From assembly GCF_030684315.1 (NCBI RefSeq), contig NC_081357.1:39189786-39253785 (forward strand): DNA of 64,000 nucleotides, written 5' to 3'. Below the pieces are notes generated by a model. The model searched no databases and was not told where the DNA came from. It worked only from the letters and a program-made list of their open reading frames with translations. The DNA is from Stegostoma tigrinum. Taxonomy: Eukaryota. Both the position numbers and the translations under genes were made by a program. Shown here one piece after another: positions 11,807 to 24,600 of this stretch; the stretch's first letter is position 1, and each line of letters begins with the position of its first letter.

Positions 11807-14636
11807 CTACACTATTCCACGTACGTCCATATGCTTATCCAATGACGACTTAAATGTACCTAAAGTTGGTGAATCTACTACCGTTGCAGGCAAAGCGTTC
11901 CATTTCCTTACTACTCTCTGAGTAAAGAAACTACCTCTAACATCTGTCCTATATCTTTCACCCCTCAATTTAAAGCTATGCTCCCTCGTACTCACCGTCA
12001 CCATCCTAGGAAAAGGGCTCTCCCTATCTACCCTATCTAGCCCCCTGATTATTTTATATGTTTCAATTAAGTCACCTTTCAACCTTCTTCTCTCTAATGA
12101 AAACAGCCTCAAGTCCCTCAGCCTTTCCTCGTAAGACCTTCCCTCCATACCAGGCAACATCCTAGTAAATCTCCTCTGCACCCTTTCCAAAGCTTCCACA
12201 TCTTTCTTATAATGCGGTGACCAGAACTATTATGCAATACTCCAAGTGCAGCCGCACCAGAATTTTGTACAGTTTCACCATAACCTCTTGGTTCCTGAAC
12301 TCGATCCCTCTATTAATAAAAGCTACAGCACTGTATGCCTTCTTAACAGCCCTGTCAACCTGGGTGGCAACTTTCAAGGATCTGCGTACATGGACGCCGA
12401 GATCTCTCTGCTCATGCTCATCTACACTACTAAGAATCTTACCATTAGTCCTGTACTTTGCCTTCTGGTTACTCCTACCAATGTGCATCACCTCACACTT
12501 GTCCGCATTAAACTCCATTTGCCACCCCTCAGCCCAGCTCTGCAGCTTATCTATGTCTCTCTGCAACCCACAGCATCCTTCGTCACTATCCACAACTCCA
12601 CTGACCTTAGTGTCATCTGCAAATTTACTAACCCATCCTTCTACGCCCTCATCTAGGTCGTTTATAAAAATGACAAACAGCAGTGGACCCAACACCGACC
12701 CTTGCGGTACACCACTAGTAACTGGTCTCCAGGATGAAGATTTCCCATCAACTACCACCCTCTGTCTTCTTTCAGCAAGCCAATTTCCAATCCAAACTGC
12801 TATGTCTCCCACAATTCCATTCCTCCGCATTTTGTACAATAGCCTATTGTGGGGAACCTTATCGAACGCCTTGCTGAAATCCATATACACCACATCAACC
12901 GGTTTACTCTCATCTACCTGTTTGGTCACCTTCTCAAAGAACTCAATAAGGTTTGTGAAGCACAATCTTCCCTTCACAAAACTGTGCTGACTATCCCTAA
13001 TCAATTTATTCTTTTCTAGATGATTATAAATCCTATCTCTTATAACCTTTTCCAACACTTTACCAACAACTGAGGTAAGGCTCACTGGTCTATAATTACC
13101 AGGGTTGTCTCTACTTCCCTTCTTGAACAGGGGAACCACATTTGCTATCCTACAGTCATCTGGCACTATTCCTGTAGACAATGACGAGTTAAAGATCAAT
13201 GCCAAAGGCTCGGCAATCTCCTCCCTGGCTCCCCAGAGGGTCCGAGGATAAATCGCATCTGGCCCAGGGGACTTATCTATCTTCAGCATCTGAAGGATTT
13301 CTAATAACTCTTCCTTGTGAATCTCAATCCCACCTAGTCTAGTAGCCTGTATCTCAGTATTCTCCTCGACAACATTGTCATTTTCTAGAGTGAATACTGT
13401 TGAAAAATATTCATTTAGCACTTCCCCTATCTCATCTGACTCCACACACAACTTACCACTAGTATCCTTGATTGGGCCTAATCTTACTTTCATCATTCTT
13501 TTATTCCTTAAATACCTATAGAAAGCCTTAGGGTTTACCCTGATCCTATCCGCCAACAACTTCTCATGTCTCCTCATGGCTCTTCTCAGCTCTCTCTTTA
13601 GGTCTTTCCTAGCTACCTCGTAGCCCTCAAGTGCCCTAACTGAGCCTTCACATCTCATCCTAACATAAGCCTTCTTCTTCCTCTTGACCAGAGATTCCAC
13701 CTCCTTTGTAAACCACGGCTCCCGCACTCTACAGCTTCCTCCCTGCCTGACAGGTACATACTTATCTAGGACACACAGGAGCTTTTCCTTGAATAAGCTC
13801 CACATTTCTAATGTGCCCATCCCCTGCAGTTTCCTTCCCCATCCTATGCTCCCTAAATCTTGCCTAATCTCATCGTAATTGCCTTTCCCCCAGCTATAAC
13901 TCTTGCCCAGTGGTATACACCTATCCCTTTCCATCACTAAAGTAAACATAACAGAATTGTGATCACTATCACCAAAGTGCTCACCTACTTCCAAATCTAA
14001 CACCTGGCCAGGCTCATTACCCAGTACCAAATCTAATGTGTCTTCTCCCCTTGTTGGCCTATCTACATACTGTGTCAGGAAGACCTCCTGCACACACTGG
14101 ACAAAAACTGGCCCATCTATAGTGCTCGAACTACAGTGTTCCCAGTCAATATTTGGAATGTTGACGTCCCCCATGACAACTACCCTGTCTCTCTCACTCC
14201 TATCAAGAATCATCTTTGCTATCCTTTCCTCTACATCTCTGGAACTATTCGGAGGCCTACAGAAAACTCCCAACAGGGTGACCTCTCCTTTCCTATTTCT
14301 AACCTCAGCCTAAACTACCTCAGTTGACGAATTCCCAAACATCCTTTCTGCAACTGTAATACTGTCCTTGACCAACAATGCCACACCTCCGCCCCTTTTA
14401 CCATCTTCTCTGTATTTACTGAAACATCTAAATCCCGGAACCTGCAACAACCATTCCTGTCCCTGCTCTATCCATGTCTCTGAAATGGCCACAACATCGA
14501 AGTCCCAGGTACCAACCCATGCTGCAAGTTCACCCATCTTATTCCGGACGCTCCTGGCATTGAAGTAGACATACTTCAAACCAACTTCTTGCTTGCCGGT
14601 GCCATCTTGCTTCCCTGAAACTTTATTTTGGACCAC
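11807..14636 (-). pseudogene. CR1 ORF2 (AP endonuclease plus reverse transcriptase), broken into three ORFs
   Basis: YFNARSVRNK..AISETW (14310-14636); GDVN, SDHN, KSPGPD, NYRPVSLTS, GVPQGSVLGP and FADD (12207-14273); C-terminus at 11807-12199. Confidence 0.93.
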
Positions 14637-14700
14637 CCTACTCTCAACCTTTTCTATAGTCGAACTACAATTTTGGTGCCCATCCCCCTGCTGAATTAGT

Positions 14701-15126
14701 TTAAACCCACCCGAATAGCCTTAGCAAATTTCCCCCCCAGGATATCGGTACCCTCTGGTTCAGGTGAAGACCATCTTGCTTGTAGAGGTCCCACCTACCC
14801 CAGAAAGAGCCCCAATTACCCAAGAATCCAAAACCCTCCCTCCTGCACCATCCCTGTAGCCACGTGTTCAACTCCTCTCTCTCCCTATTCCTCGCCTCAC
14901 TAGCATGTGGCACGGGCAAACCAGAGACAACAACTCTGTTCATCCTAGCTCTCAGCTTCCATCCTAGCTCCCTGAATTTCTGCCTTAAATCCCCATCTCT
15001 CTTCCTACCTATGTCATTGGTGCCAATGTGGACCACGACTTGGGGCTGCTCCCCCTCCCCCTTAAGGATCCCAAAAACACAATCAGAGACATCACGCACC
15101 CTGGCACCTGGGAGGCAACACACCAA
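14701..15126 (-). pseudogene. CR1 ORF1 SGNH/GDSL esterase-like domain (partial)
   Basis: CLPGARV, VVVHIGTNDIG and DGLHLN motifs typical of the esterase-type ORF1 of CR1/L2 LINEs. Confidence 0.85.
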
Positions 15127-15544
15127 CCGTGAGTCCCTCTCGTCCCCACAGAACCTCCTATCTGTCCCCCTAACATTGGAGCCCCCAATGACTCTGCTCC
15201 TCTTCCCCCTTCCCTTCTGAGCAGCAGGGACAGACTCTGTGCCAGAGACTCTATGTGAGCAGTGTTCAAGCTAATCCATCATAATCCACTAATGTCATTC
15301 TGTTGTATTGAAAGCAATCGTTGACTTACTATGTTCATTGTTACACTTAGTACATCCATTTTTACTACCAGTGACTGTTTTTCACAATTACCCACTCATT
15401 CACTCTCCTTCATCCCCAGTGAGACAAACAGTCATCCAATTATACCTTTGCGCACACAACAAACATTGGATATGCTTCCATTGGGTATGCTTTTTATAAT
15501 ATCCGAAGCAATAAGTAATAAACCTCATCTGATAAAAGCTTCAA

Positions 15545-15670
15545 ATAAGAAAATGTACTGTGGATGCTGGAGATCTGACATAAAAACAGGCAATGCTGGA
15601 AAAACTCAGCAGGTCTGGCAGCATCTGTGAGGAGAGAAACAGTTAATCTTTCAGGTTCAAAGCTACAACT
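15545..15670 (-). mobile_element. Penelope-like family B terminal-repeat remnant
   Basis: gatgctggagatctg...tgctggaaaaactcagcaggtctggcagcatctgtg is the reverse complement of the 10070-10165 repeat. Confidence 0.65.
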
Positions 15671-18379
15671 TCACAAATAACTTAAAATATAGTTAATTTT
15701 CCTACAAATTGTGACTGTGGGAGCTTATTTACAATAGTCTTTACATTTTTGAAAACTGAAACAGCCTTTTTATTGTTGGTTCCTATCCAAATTGGTGAGT
15801 TCCCATTTCTGATAAAATTTTCAAGCAGTTTAATTTCAACCAGGTTGTTCTTCTTTATATTCTACAAAAGAGGAACAGAATTTTTGGATTTTTGATATGT
15901 CTCTTTTTTTAAAGCAGAAGTAATTGCATGACAGCATTGAGTTTAAACCGTTTCCCCATCCATATCGAAACTAACTAAACTTTAAGGGTTGTATTAGACT
16001 AAGCATAGTATGCAACACTCACATATAATCATTCTTCAAACTGCTAAGCACTAGGTTAAAGGAACGGTCAGTAAGTCAAAATTAGATTTTAAACAAGCCT
16101 TCTTTTTCGGAAGAATAATAAATACTCAAAAGCATTCCAGTTTCTCAAACCTATCTGCTAAATGTGTAAAAGCATGAGGAAAATAAATTCTGAAAGATCA
16201 TTAAGTAAGATCTATTGGCATCAATCATAGGAGTATTTGCATTTTAGAATGCAACCTGCTAAATGTTTTTAATTGTGGAAAACCCCAATCAAAATGACCA
16301 AGAGTAAAATGAACAACAATTGATGAATTGAGAAGTATATGAAACAAATTTGTTTATTTTCTTCAAGACAAAGTCTGCCAGAGAATTACATTGTGCAGGC
16401 AGCAACTTGCATTCATATGGCGCCTTTAAATAGATAGAATAGTTACAAAGTACTTCACAGAAGCATAATCAAGTAAAATATTGAAATTACATTTGACTTT
16501 TCAAATATAAAATATTGGCATAAATCTACACATGTTCTATCAAGACAAGCATTGAGTCCACAACATTTGAAATAATGAACAGGAACAGTTTAAATACAAT
16601 ATCTTAATGATTGTAGTAATCCAAAGAGTATTTGAGTTTGAGTAGTAATTATTGAATAATCTAATAAATCCAGTAATTCCTTAGTTTGCAGCCGGAAAAA
16701 CAATCATGAGATAAAAAGAAAAGAAATGCATCCTAAATCATAACTTACATCCAAAAAGCATAAATGGTATTGATGTAGATATCTGAACCTACACTGTTTG
16801 CTTGTTAAGCCTGTCAAACCAGATTTGGAGTGTTAACATACAAAGCTTTCATAGCACTAATCTCCTCACTGAAAATAGACTGCTCTTAATATACTTATTG
16901 ATCCCGATCATACTACTCACCACTGTTTTGTTAGATCAGCTAAGTTCAACAATGAATTAAGCCATAGATTTAAATCAATAACAATGACTCTTTGATGATC
17001 CTTGTCCAAGTTGGCCTTTCAACTGGTCAAGTTCAAATAAAAACAGCCCTCACTACATTTCTCTATATGCTATTTTTACAATGGTACTAACCAACCAAAT
17101 TTAAAAGCCTCATTAAAATGGAATTTGGGCGAAGCACATTAAGCATTCAGAAGTCACATTTCAGAAAATACCCATTGACTTATTTGTATCCTGGTTTACA
17201 TAAAGAATTATGTCCTATTGTAAATGCTCCGTGATGCCCCGGGTTTGTTTCTCCTTCATCGTGACATCAATTGTCAATCTATAGTAAAAATGTGTGCACT
17301 TATTGTGAAAGTTTTCACAATTGAAAGATCATTTGATCCAAAAATCCATCAGTTCTGTCTTTTCTGCTTTCAGACAGTTGAGCACTGGGAAAGATGCAAA
17401 GGCCGAAGCATTCTGCAGGAGCCCAGCTATACAGTTAAATAGGGTAGTAGTGAGGGACCTGAAATATAGGGAAGTCTGGGATGGAGTTTATTGAGAGTTG
17501 CTTTTTGGAGCTAAGTATGTCGAGGGACAGAGCTTTTGGAGCAATTGGGAAAAGGATTTGGGAGCTCTTTGCAAGCGGGGAAGAGAGAGACTCGAAGTTG
17601 GGAGACCGACAAGTTGGCAAGATGCAGGTAATGATCAACAGAATGTAATTCCTGAGAACTGAGATTTACCCCATTAGAAACAGGTTGTGAAACCTCCGAC
17701 AGTAACGTTTTTGACACACAAGAAGCCAGAACGTGACCCTGAGGGGCAAAGTGGAAAAAGAGAGAGAAACCTCTGGAGACCAGAGAATGTGATCACCTGG
17801 AGTAAAGTTTGTCACTGCTAGGAGCAGAGAGTCACCCCTGGGAACACGGTGTAACCCCTGTCAAATACAGTTTGTGACTCTCTGGAACCTGAGAGACTCT
17901 GGGAACAGAAGTGTAGCTATCAAGGGCAAGAAGTCACTGAAGAAAGGACGTGGTTATAGGGCAAGAAGGAGAGTTGCAATGTAACATGTAACATCAAGAA
18001 AAGAAAACAGGAGAGTGGAGAGGTGGTGGAATGGGGGCAGCTTTGAGATAATATACATTAGAAAGACTGAAAAGTTATCAAGGTAAAGCAACCCCAAACT
18101 ATATTGGAAACTGAAATGCAGCCATATTGCTCAAGCATTTGCAAGGGACCACTTGGTTATTGTGAGGTGAAGACGATGAAAGATATTGGAAAATGGGAAG
18201 AATTAAATTCTGGGTAAGATACTGCATTTGTTTTTGAGTGCTTAATTCTAGTGTTTATTATTTGATCGATTTTTAAAAAAATTTTCTAAAGGGTGGGTCA
18301 GCTTCTCAAAGGAATTCAAAATATGCCTATGTTTCATTTTGTCATGAGCATCACAGGCAAAGTCAGCCTTTGTCACTCA

Positions 18380-18517
18380 GAGATAATGGGAACTGCAGAT
18401 GCTGGAGAATCCAAGATAACAAAGTGTGAAGCTGGATGAACACAGCAGGCCAAGCAGCGTCTCAGGAGCAAGATGCTGCTTGGCCTGCTGTGTTCATCCA
18501 GCTTCACACTTTGTTAT
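18380..18517 (-). mobile_element. Penelope-like family A fold-back mini-insertion
   Basis: Inverted arms with the tail on the left. 12-bp TSD ctttgtcactca (18368-18379, 18518-18529). Confidence 0.85.
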
Positions 18518-18550
18518 CTTTGTCACTCATTCCCACTTTCAGGGTTTTTA

Positions 18551-18778
18551 AAGATAATGAAATGTGAGGCTGGATGAACACAGCAGGCCCAGCAGCATCT
18601 CAGGAGCACAAAAGCTGATGTTTCGGGCCTAGACCCTCCCGAAACGTCAGAGGGTCTAGGCCGGAAACGTCAGCTTTTGTGCTCCTGAGATGCTGCTGGG
18701 CCTGCTGTGTTCATCCAGCCTCACATTTCATTATCTTGGATTCTCCAGCATCTGCAGTTCCCATTATCACTGATACAA
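18551..18778 (+). mobile_element. Penelope-like family A fold-back mini-insertion
   Basis: Near-perfect inverted arms of ~85 bp plus tail. TSD ttcagggttttt (18538-18549, 18779-18790). Confidence 0.85.
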
Positions 18779-19469
18779 TTCAGGGTTTTTTAATGTGTTT
18801 TTATGAATGGAAGTCTTTTCACGTACAGTGAAATAATTGTTTATGATTGATTGCATTTTCTCATGTACTACGTAACAGTCAGGATACAATTCGGATTAAC
18901 TTTACCAGGGTAAAATAAACAATACAAATTACAGTCATTGTCAGAAAGTAAGACGAAAGGACGGAGAAGTAAAATCTCTGCATGCTTACAACCCTCACAT
19001 CTTTACGCCAGAACACGTAAATTATGTTCCCATAATTCTGCCTGGCTGACAGTAAATACTGTCTGTGCAATAGCTCTTGTGTCTTTGTAAATGACTTCCT
19101 CAACTGTGCACCCACTTTCACGATTACCCAAAAACGCAACAGCTATTTTTTTTTCATCAAAATGAATAAGTGGTCATTTTCACCTTAGGATCAACTTGCC
19201 AAGTTTACACAATTTGTAGATGTACTCGGGAGGAGATCTTTTTTACTAAAGATATAATCTTTTACAAAGGTATAACTGACTTTTGTAATTAATATGGCAA
19301 CCGTGTGTTCTGTGCTGACCCATGTGTCCTGCACTCAATTGTACAAAGCTTGGTTCAAAATTATATGTAATTAAGGCATGTTGAAGTTAGTATTCTACAC
19401 ATCCACAATCTTTTCAGTAAAAATTTTAAACATTCTTCAAAGATTCCTCGGCAGTAGCTCCATAAATCA

Positions 19470-19703
19470 AATAAAAGCAAAATATTGCAGGTGCTGAAGA
19501 TTTAAAGTAAAAGTAGAAAGTGCTGGAGAAGTTCAGCAAGGTTGGCAGTAACGGTGGAGAGAGAAAAATAGAGTTAACACTTCGAGTCCAACATGACTGT
19601 GAAAGTTCGGGAAAGCGTTTTTAGATTTGAAACGTTAACTCGGTTTCTCTCTCCACAGATGCTGCCAGACCTGCTGAGTTTCTCTGGCATTCTCTGTCTT
19701 TGT
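19470..19703. mobile_element. Old Penelope-like family B fold-back just downstream of GJB7
   Basis: Diverged inverted arms ...gtggagagagaaaaatagagttaac / gttaactcggtttctctctccac... Confidence 0.65.
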
Positions 19704-19825
19704 TAATGCAATAATTCATGTTTGGTTTATTTCTTTAAATAACAGGTAACTGTCCACCAAAGTCTCTTGCTCTAAAGCCAGCTTTCATTCGCAATATCAG
19801 AGATTGTCTTGCTGTTGCTCTGATT

Positions 19826-20584
19826 TTACAAAGTGCACATACTTACAGAAGACCTCAAAGTGCCATTTTTAAGTCCTTTTCGTTGAGGCTGATTCGTTTC
19901 TAAAGGACGGCATCCACATTTCAATCGTTTTGCCTGCTTCACAGATCTCTTTTCACACCAATCTCTGCAATGTTTTAAGATTAGGTAGCTCATCTCACAA
20001 ATGTTTAGCAGTATGCACAGAACCGAGGAGGCAACCATGCAGTAGAGGAAGATGGTCTTTTCTGTTGGCCGACTGACAAAACAATCCACCACATTAGGGC
20101 AAGGTTTGATCTCACACTTCAAAAGGTGAGGAATAATGAAGCCATCGTACATCCATGCCAGCACAAACAGGAAACTGAACTCAACTCCTGTTTTGAACAC
20201 TAGGCTAAAGAAATAGGTCCACCACAGACCTCCATCTATGTTCCCTTTGTCTTTGTACAGCTTTTTTTTGTACTTCTTCTCTCGGTGTTCCCTGTAACCT
20301 ACATGCATGACAACCAGAAGAGAAGGGGTAGAAACCAAGATAAGTTGCAGTGCCCAAAGTCTTGAGTGCGACACTGGAAAGAAGTGGTCGAAACATACAT
20401 TTTCACAACCAACTTGCCTTGAGTTGCAGGTAAACTCCTTCTGTTCATCATTCCAGACACGTTCTGCAGCCACCACATAGATAAGGACTCGGAATACGAA
20501 CATAACACTCAACCAGATTCTCCCCACAACAGTGGAGTATTTATTCACTCCGCTCAAAACATCACGGAGTAAACTCCAGCTCAT
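19826..20584 (-). CDS. GJB7: Gap junction beta-7 protein (connexin 25 orthologue), 252 aa, single coding exon
   Basis: Four-TM connexin with extracellular C-x6-C-x3-C and C-x4-C-x5-C. [18 protein letters not shown], DEQKEFxCNSRQ, the short loop KKLY...DGGLW and YDGF match GJB7 as I recall it. Intact ORF with gccATG context, adjacent to SMIM8. Confidence 0.92.
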   Translation of the reverse strand: MSWSLLRDVLSGVNKYSTVVGRIWLSVMFVFRVLIYVVAAERVWNDEQKEFTCNSRQVGCENVCFDHFFPVSHSRLWALQLILVSTPSLLVVMHVGYREHREKKYKKKLYKDKGNIDGGLWWTYFFSLVFKTGVEFSFLFVLAWMYDGFIIPHLLKCEIKPCPNVVDCFVSRPTEKTIFLYCMVASSVLCILLNICEMSYLILKHCRDWCEKRSVKQAKRLKCGCRPLETNQPQRKGLKNGTLRSSVSMCTL

Positions 20585-20610
20585 GGCTCCTCAATAACTT
20601 GATGATGAAT

Positions 20611-20640
20611 CTACAGAATAGAGAAAAGAAATTTGAAATT
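20611..20640 (-). promoter_or_regulatory. GJB7: Splice acceptor of the GJB7 coding exon
   Basis: The - strand reads tttcttttctctattctgtag|attcatc..., 26 nt upstream of the ATG, which is the typical connexin layout. Confidence 0.8.
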
Positions 20641-22129
20641 AATGCACTGGATGAGTTATAGTTATTTTAATCAATCTTATCAGACTTGCATGACACATCT
20701 CTGGGGCAGCTGGGCCTTGAACCTAGCCCACTCAGCCCAGGCTTAGGGAGTCTACCACTGCACCCCAAGGGACATCGCCACAATTTGCACTGTCTTAGTT
20801 TAATGGCAGCACTTATTTATGTAGAGCATCTAATGAAATAAATCTCCCCAAGAACCCACACAGAAGTGTTGTAATACTCGCATAAAGGAGTATTGGGCAG
20901 TGGACCAAAGCATTGAGAACACAAGAGATAGGAGCAGGTGTAGGCCATTCAGCCTTTCAAGTCTGACCTACCATTCATTAGGATCATGGCCAAGGCTCAA
21001 CTCTCCTTTCACCAGCTCTTCATTGCCCACAACTCCCCCAGATTTCAAAAATCTATCTACCTTCTTTTTAAATACTTTCAGTGATCCAATCTCTGGGGTA
21101 GAGAATTCCAGATGTTCTCTGGCTTCTGTGCAACATTCCCTCTAAGCTGCTTAGAGGCAGCTGCTCTGATATTCTGCACCCAACAGTCAGCAGTGGCATG
21201 CTGATCCTGTGGTTGATATCCAGTTCCAGAAGCCATGCTTGGACCCCTGAGAACCCATGCAGCTGTTAAGGAAAATTAGAGGGAATGCCATCTCTGGGAG
21301 AAGAAAATCCTTTATAAATCTCTATAAGGTCACCCCTCAACCTCCTGTGCTCCAGCGAATAAAGGTCCCAGCCTAACCAGTCTCTCCTTATAAGTCAAAC
21401 CTTCCATTCCCAGACACATCCAGGGAATCTGTTTTGACCCCTTAAACCATTAATTCCTTCGTGGTTTACCTAAGGATTATTTGTGCAAATTTTGAGGGCT
21501 GTTCCCCTGGTTTTCCATGGTAAGTTGTGAGGGTTTTCCAATCTGCAATTCTGGTGGGCAAGGTTCAGTGCTAGCAGCTGAAACTCAAAAACATCTGCCC
21601 TGATTCCAACCATTTTGAATACTATCTCAGTCCTTTATCTGTCCATCTTAATTTGAGTGCCTTTTCCTTTCGAACTCAGTATTGAAGATCAAAGTTGTGA
21701 TATGAAGGTGATATGTAAAATCATAGCAAGGCAACAGTTGGAGTATTGATTACAGTTTTGGTCTACACGTTACAGGAAGAAGGTGAAGGCAATGGAGGGA
21801 GAGTATAGTACAGACTTTCTTCAATCAGGAAGGGCCTCCTCAGAGAGCTGCTGGCCAATCAGACACTGACAGGCCTCCAAATCAGGAGCAGTGGCTACAG
21901 CCAGTACTGTACTGCTCCTTCACCTGAGATCGTCACTGCATCCCTAGAGAGAGAAAAGAGTGTATGGGATATGCTGGAAGGAAAGGAGGTACCAGCTAAA
22001 AGGGTAGGAAGGCTGTGGCCAAACAACTGAGGGCTGAGGGGAACCCATCTTAGAAAGCCCAGGAGCCTGATAAGAAGGGACAGCTGTAACCTCTCTCCCC
22101 ACTGCAGCCTGTCTCCATCCCCCACCGCT

Positions 22130-22635
22130 TGCTACAGTGTTCTAGTGAAGACCAGCGCAAGCTGGAGGAACAACACCTCATTTTCCGCTTGGGGACCCTA
22201 CAGCCCGCTGGACTCAATATCGAGTTCAATAATTTTAGGGCCTAAACTCACCCATGTCCCAGCCCCCACCCCACACACCAGGCCTTGTCACCACATAGCC
22301 TGCCACTACACACCCCCTGTTATTAGTCACTAACGGTCCCCATTAACAACTATTCACCCTCCCAGCCTGATCGTTAGCAACTCCTTTGTTTGTCCAACTG
22401 TCTTTCTCTCTCTTTGGGGTCTATCCTATCATTTACTCCCTACCCCACCCACCTCCCTATTTTCTGCATATAAACTGACAATTTCCCAGCCACCATCAGC
22501 TCTGAAGAAGGGTGACTGGACTGAAATGTTAAGTCTGTTTTCTCCTCCACAGATGCTACCAGACCTGCTGAGCTTTTCCAGCAACTTCAGTTTTTGTTCC
22601 TGATTTACAGCATCCACCATTCTTTAGGTTTTTAT
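22130..22635 (+). mobile_element. Penelope-like family B 3' fragment (GIY-YIG C-terminus plus terminal repeat)
   Basis: Translates LQCSSEDQRKLEEQHLIFRLGTLQPAGLNIEF. The terminal repeat has a degenerate core ctgaagaagggtgactggactgaaatgtt at ~22502. Confidence 0.8.
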
Positions 22636-22751
22636 TATTATTGTAGATCCTACATTTTAAAGAGATTAATATACAGTGGTTTAATTGAGAGTTCCAAACA
22701 AAAATGCAAATATATTTTTGATTTAGTCTAATATAGGATTCCTTAGTCAAG

Positions 22752-22900
22752 ATAATAAAGTGTGAAGTTGGATGAACACAGCAGGCCATCAGCATCTCAG
22801 GAGCTTTTGTGCTCCTGAGATGCTGCTTGGCCTGCTGTGTTCATCCAGCTTCACACTTTATTATCTTGGATTCTCCAGCATCTGCAGTTCCCATTATCCC
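22752..22900 (+). mobile_element. Penelope-like family A fold-back mini-insertion
   Basis: Inverted arms plus tail. 13-bp TSD ttccttagtcaag (22739-22751, 22901-22913). Confidence 0.85.
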
Positions 22901-24499
22901 TTCCTTAGTCAAGCTTGTTTTTTGTAAATTGATACTGCATTTTAAATTAATTAATTACACAGATGTATTTTGTTGTGGCTTATGATGGAAGTTGCTTTGC
23001 ATTGATAAATTTATACAGACTCTGTAAATAGAAAAAGCTGGTTTTGGTAGTCAAATTTTAATTCAATGCAGAGTTTGTTGACATAGGTCTGCAGCAATAT
23101 CAAGCAAATACATCATTCAATTTCATTGCATTCTCTTTTCATATGTTTCATTAATACACCCAAAGTCAAATCAGAGACAAATTACATCTTTCCCTACGAT
23201 GAATATTAAACATAAATGTTGAAGAATGAAATATTGAACATGCAATTTTTTAACCAGGCAGAATTGGCAAATTCTGTGTAAATCACCTCACTGTAACCAA
23301 GGAACTCCTTCATGATCAACAACATATTCAGTTGTTCTTTTTCCATCTAACACCTGCTTCATTCTGTCAGCAGTCGTGCTGTTGAATTTGTCAGTTTAAG
23401 ATCCCAGTAATTATACAACAATTGTTACTGCCATCGAAGCTCCAGGCTCCTGAGCAACCATGATCTGTCAGTAATATGATGAGTTTAGCTCATAAGCAAT
23501 TGTTTATGGTGTACAAATGTTTATCGTGGGTTTGTACAGCATTTCACTTGATAATTTGTGTCCTTGTTTAGGCTTAAATTTACTCTGCATTTAAGTTTAA
23601 TCAATAAAGTAAAATTTTAGTCTGGCTCCTGTCTAGTTTAGTGACATTACTGTTTTTTTTTCTGAGATGGTGATCAGGACTGTTCAAGGAGAGGACATCA
23701 GTAATGTGGAATTGGTCAGTCTCCCACATCTGCGTGCCAGCACCAGGTACCCGTGAGCTAGGAATAATACAAAAAATCTTTGTTGGTATGGAGAAGGTTC
23801 TAGAAGGCAGGAACATAGACACAGGAGGAAATAACCTCTACACCCTCCAGACTCACTTCATTTATCCCTAAGCATTTATTTTTCAATTCATTTGGCCAGC
23901 TCATCTCAGCTTTTGGCTTAAAAAAGGTCATCCCAGGATCAAATGCAAAGTGAGCTATGGGAGTGGTCAGGGTGGATTAGTGGCCAGATTGTGGGCACAT
24001 TGTGAGGGAGCTGTGCATTTTCTGTGGTCAGTCGTCATTGGTAGAATAGGAGCAATGGGTGTGTCAGTCCACATTAAACTAAGTGACCTATTAGTTTGAG
24101 TGAAACTTTATAACTATGCATTACAGTTGCAAGAAGATTACAGCTGAGATAATCTGCTCCTCAGTACAGACTAGAAGGCTGAGTACAATCATTACAACAA
24201 TCACCAACAACATCACCCAAGCCTGCCCATCCAAACAAAACAAAATACAGCAGATGGTGGAAATCTGAAGGAACTAAGTGAAAGCTCCAAACCAAGGAAT
24301 ATGCATGCACATCACTGTTAAAGTGTCATGTTGTGTGCAGTTAAGAAATAAAACAGACAATAAAATATGTCACTGCAATATTCATGCCATTGTCTTCTTT
24401 AGGGAATGGATAAATCACAAGCATTTAACCGAATGAATGAAATGCTTCTAGAGGCAACAGCAACAAACTCCAACATGGAAAAGGACAACCCACAAGGAC

Positions 24500-24600
24500 A
24501 CAAAAACAGAAAGTGCTAGAGAAGCTCAGCAGGTTTGGCAGCATCTCGAGAGAGAGTGAGAAACAGGGCTAATGTATCAAATTCAGTAACCTTCTTCTGA
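24500..24600 (-). mobile_element. Penelope-like family B terminal-repeat remnant
   Basis: aaaacagaaagtgctagagaagctcagcaggtttggcagcatct...accttcttctga. Confidence 0.55.

Larger units (their letters stand above)
11711..15246 (-). mobile_element. Near full-length CR1/HER1 LINE inserted into the 3' tail of the preceding CR1
   Basis: ORF1 and ORF2 are present, with an agaacat repeat tail at 11711-11735. The host tail (gactctatg) resumes at ~15247. Confidence 0.92.

Noticed and set aside
12217-12990. 257-aa + strand ORF
   Set aside because: Antisense shadow of the CR1 reverse transcriptase, with no independent motifs.
17430-18300. Purine-rich block with short internal repeats (ctctgggaac) as an LTR
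   Set aside because: I could not define termini or a TSD. It is probably a repeat but remains unclassified.
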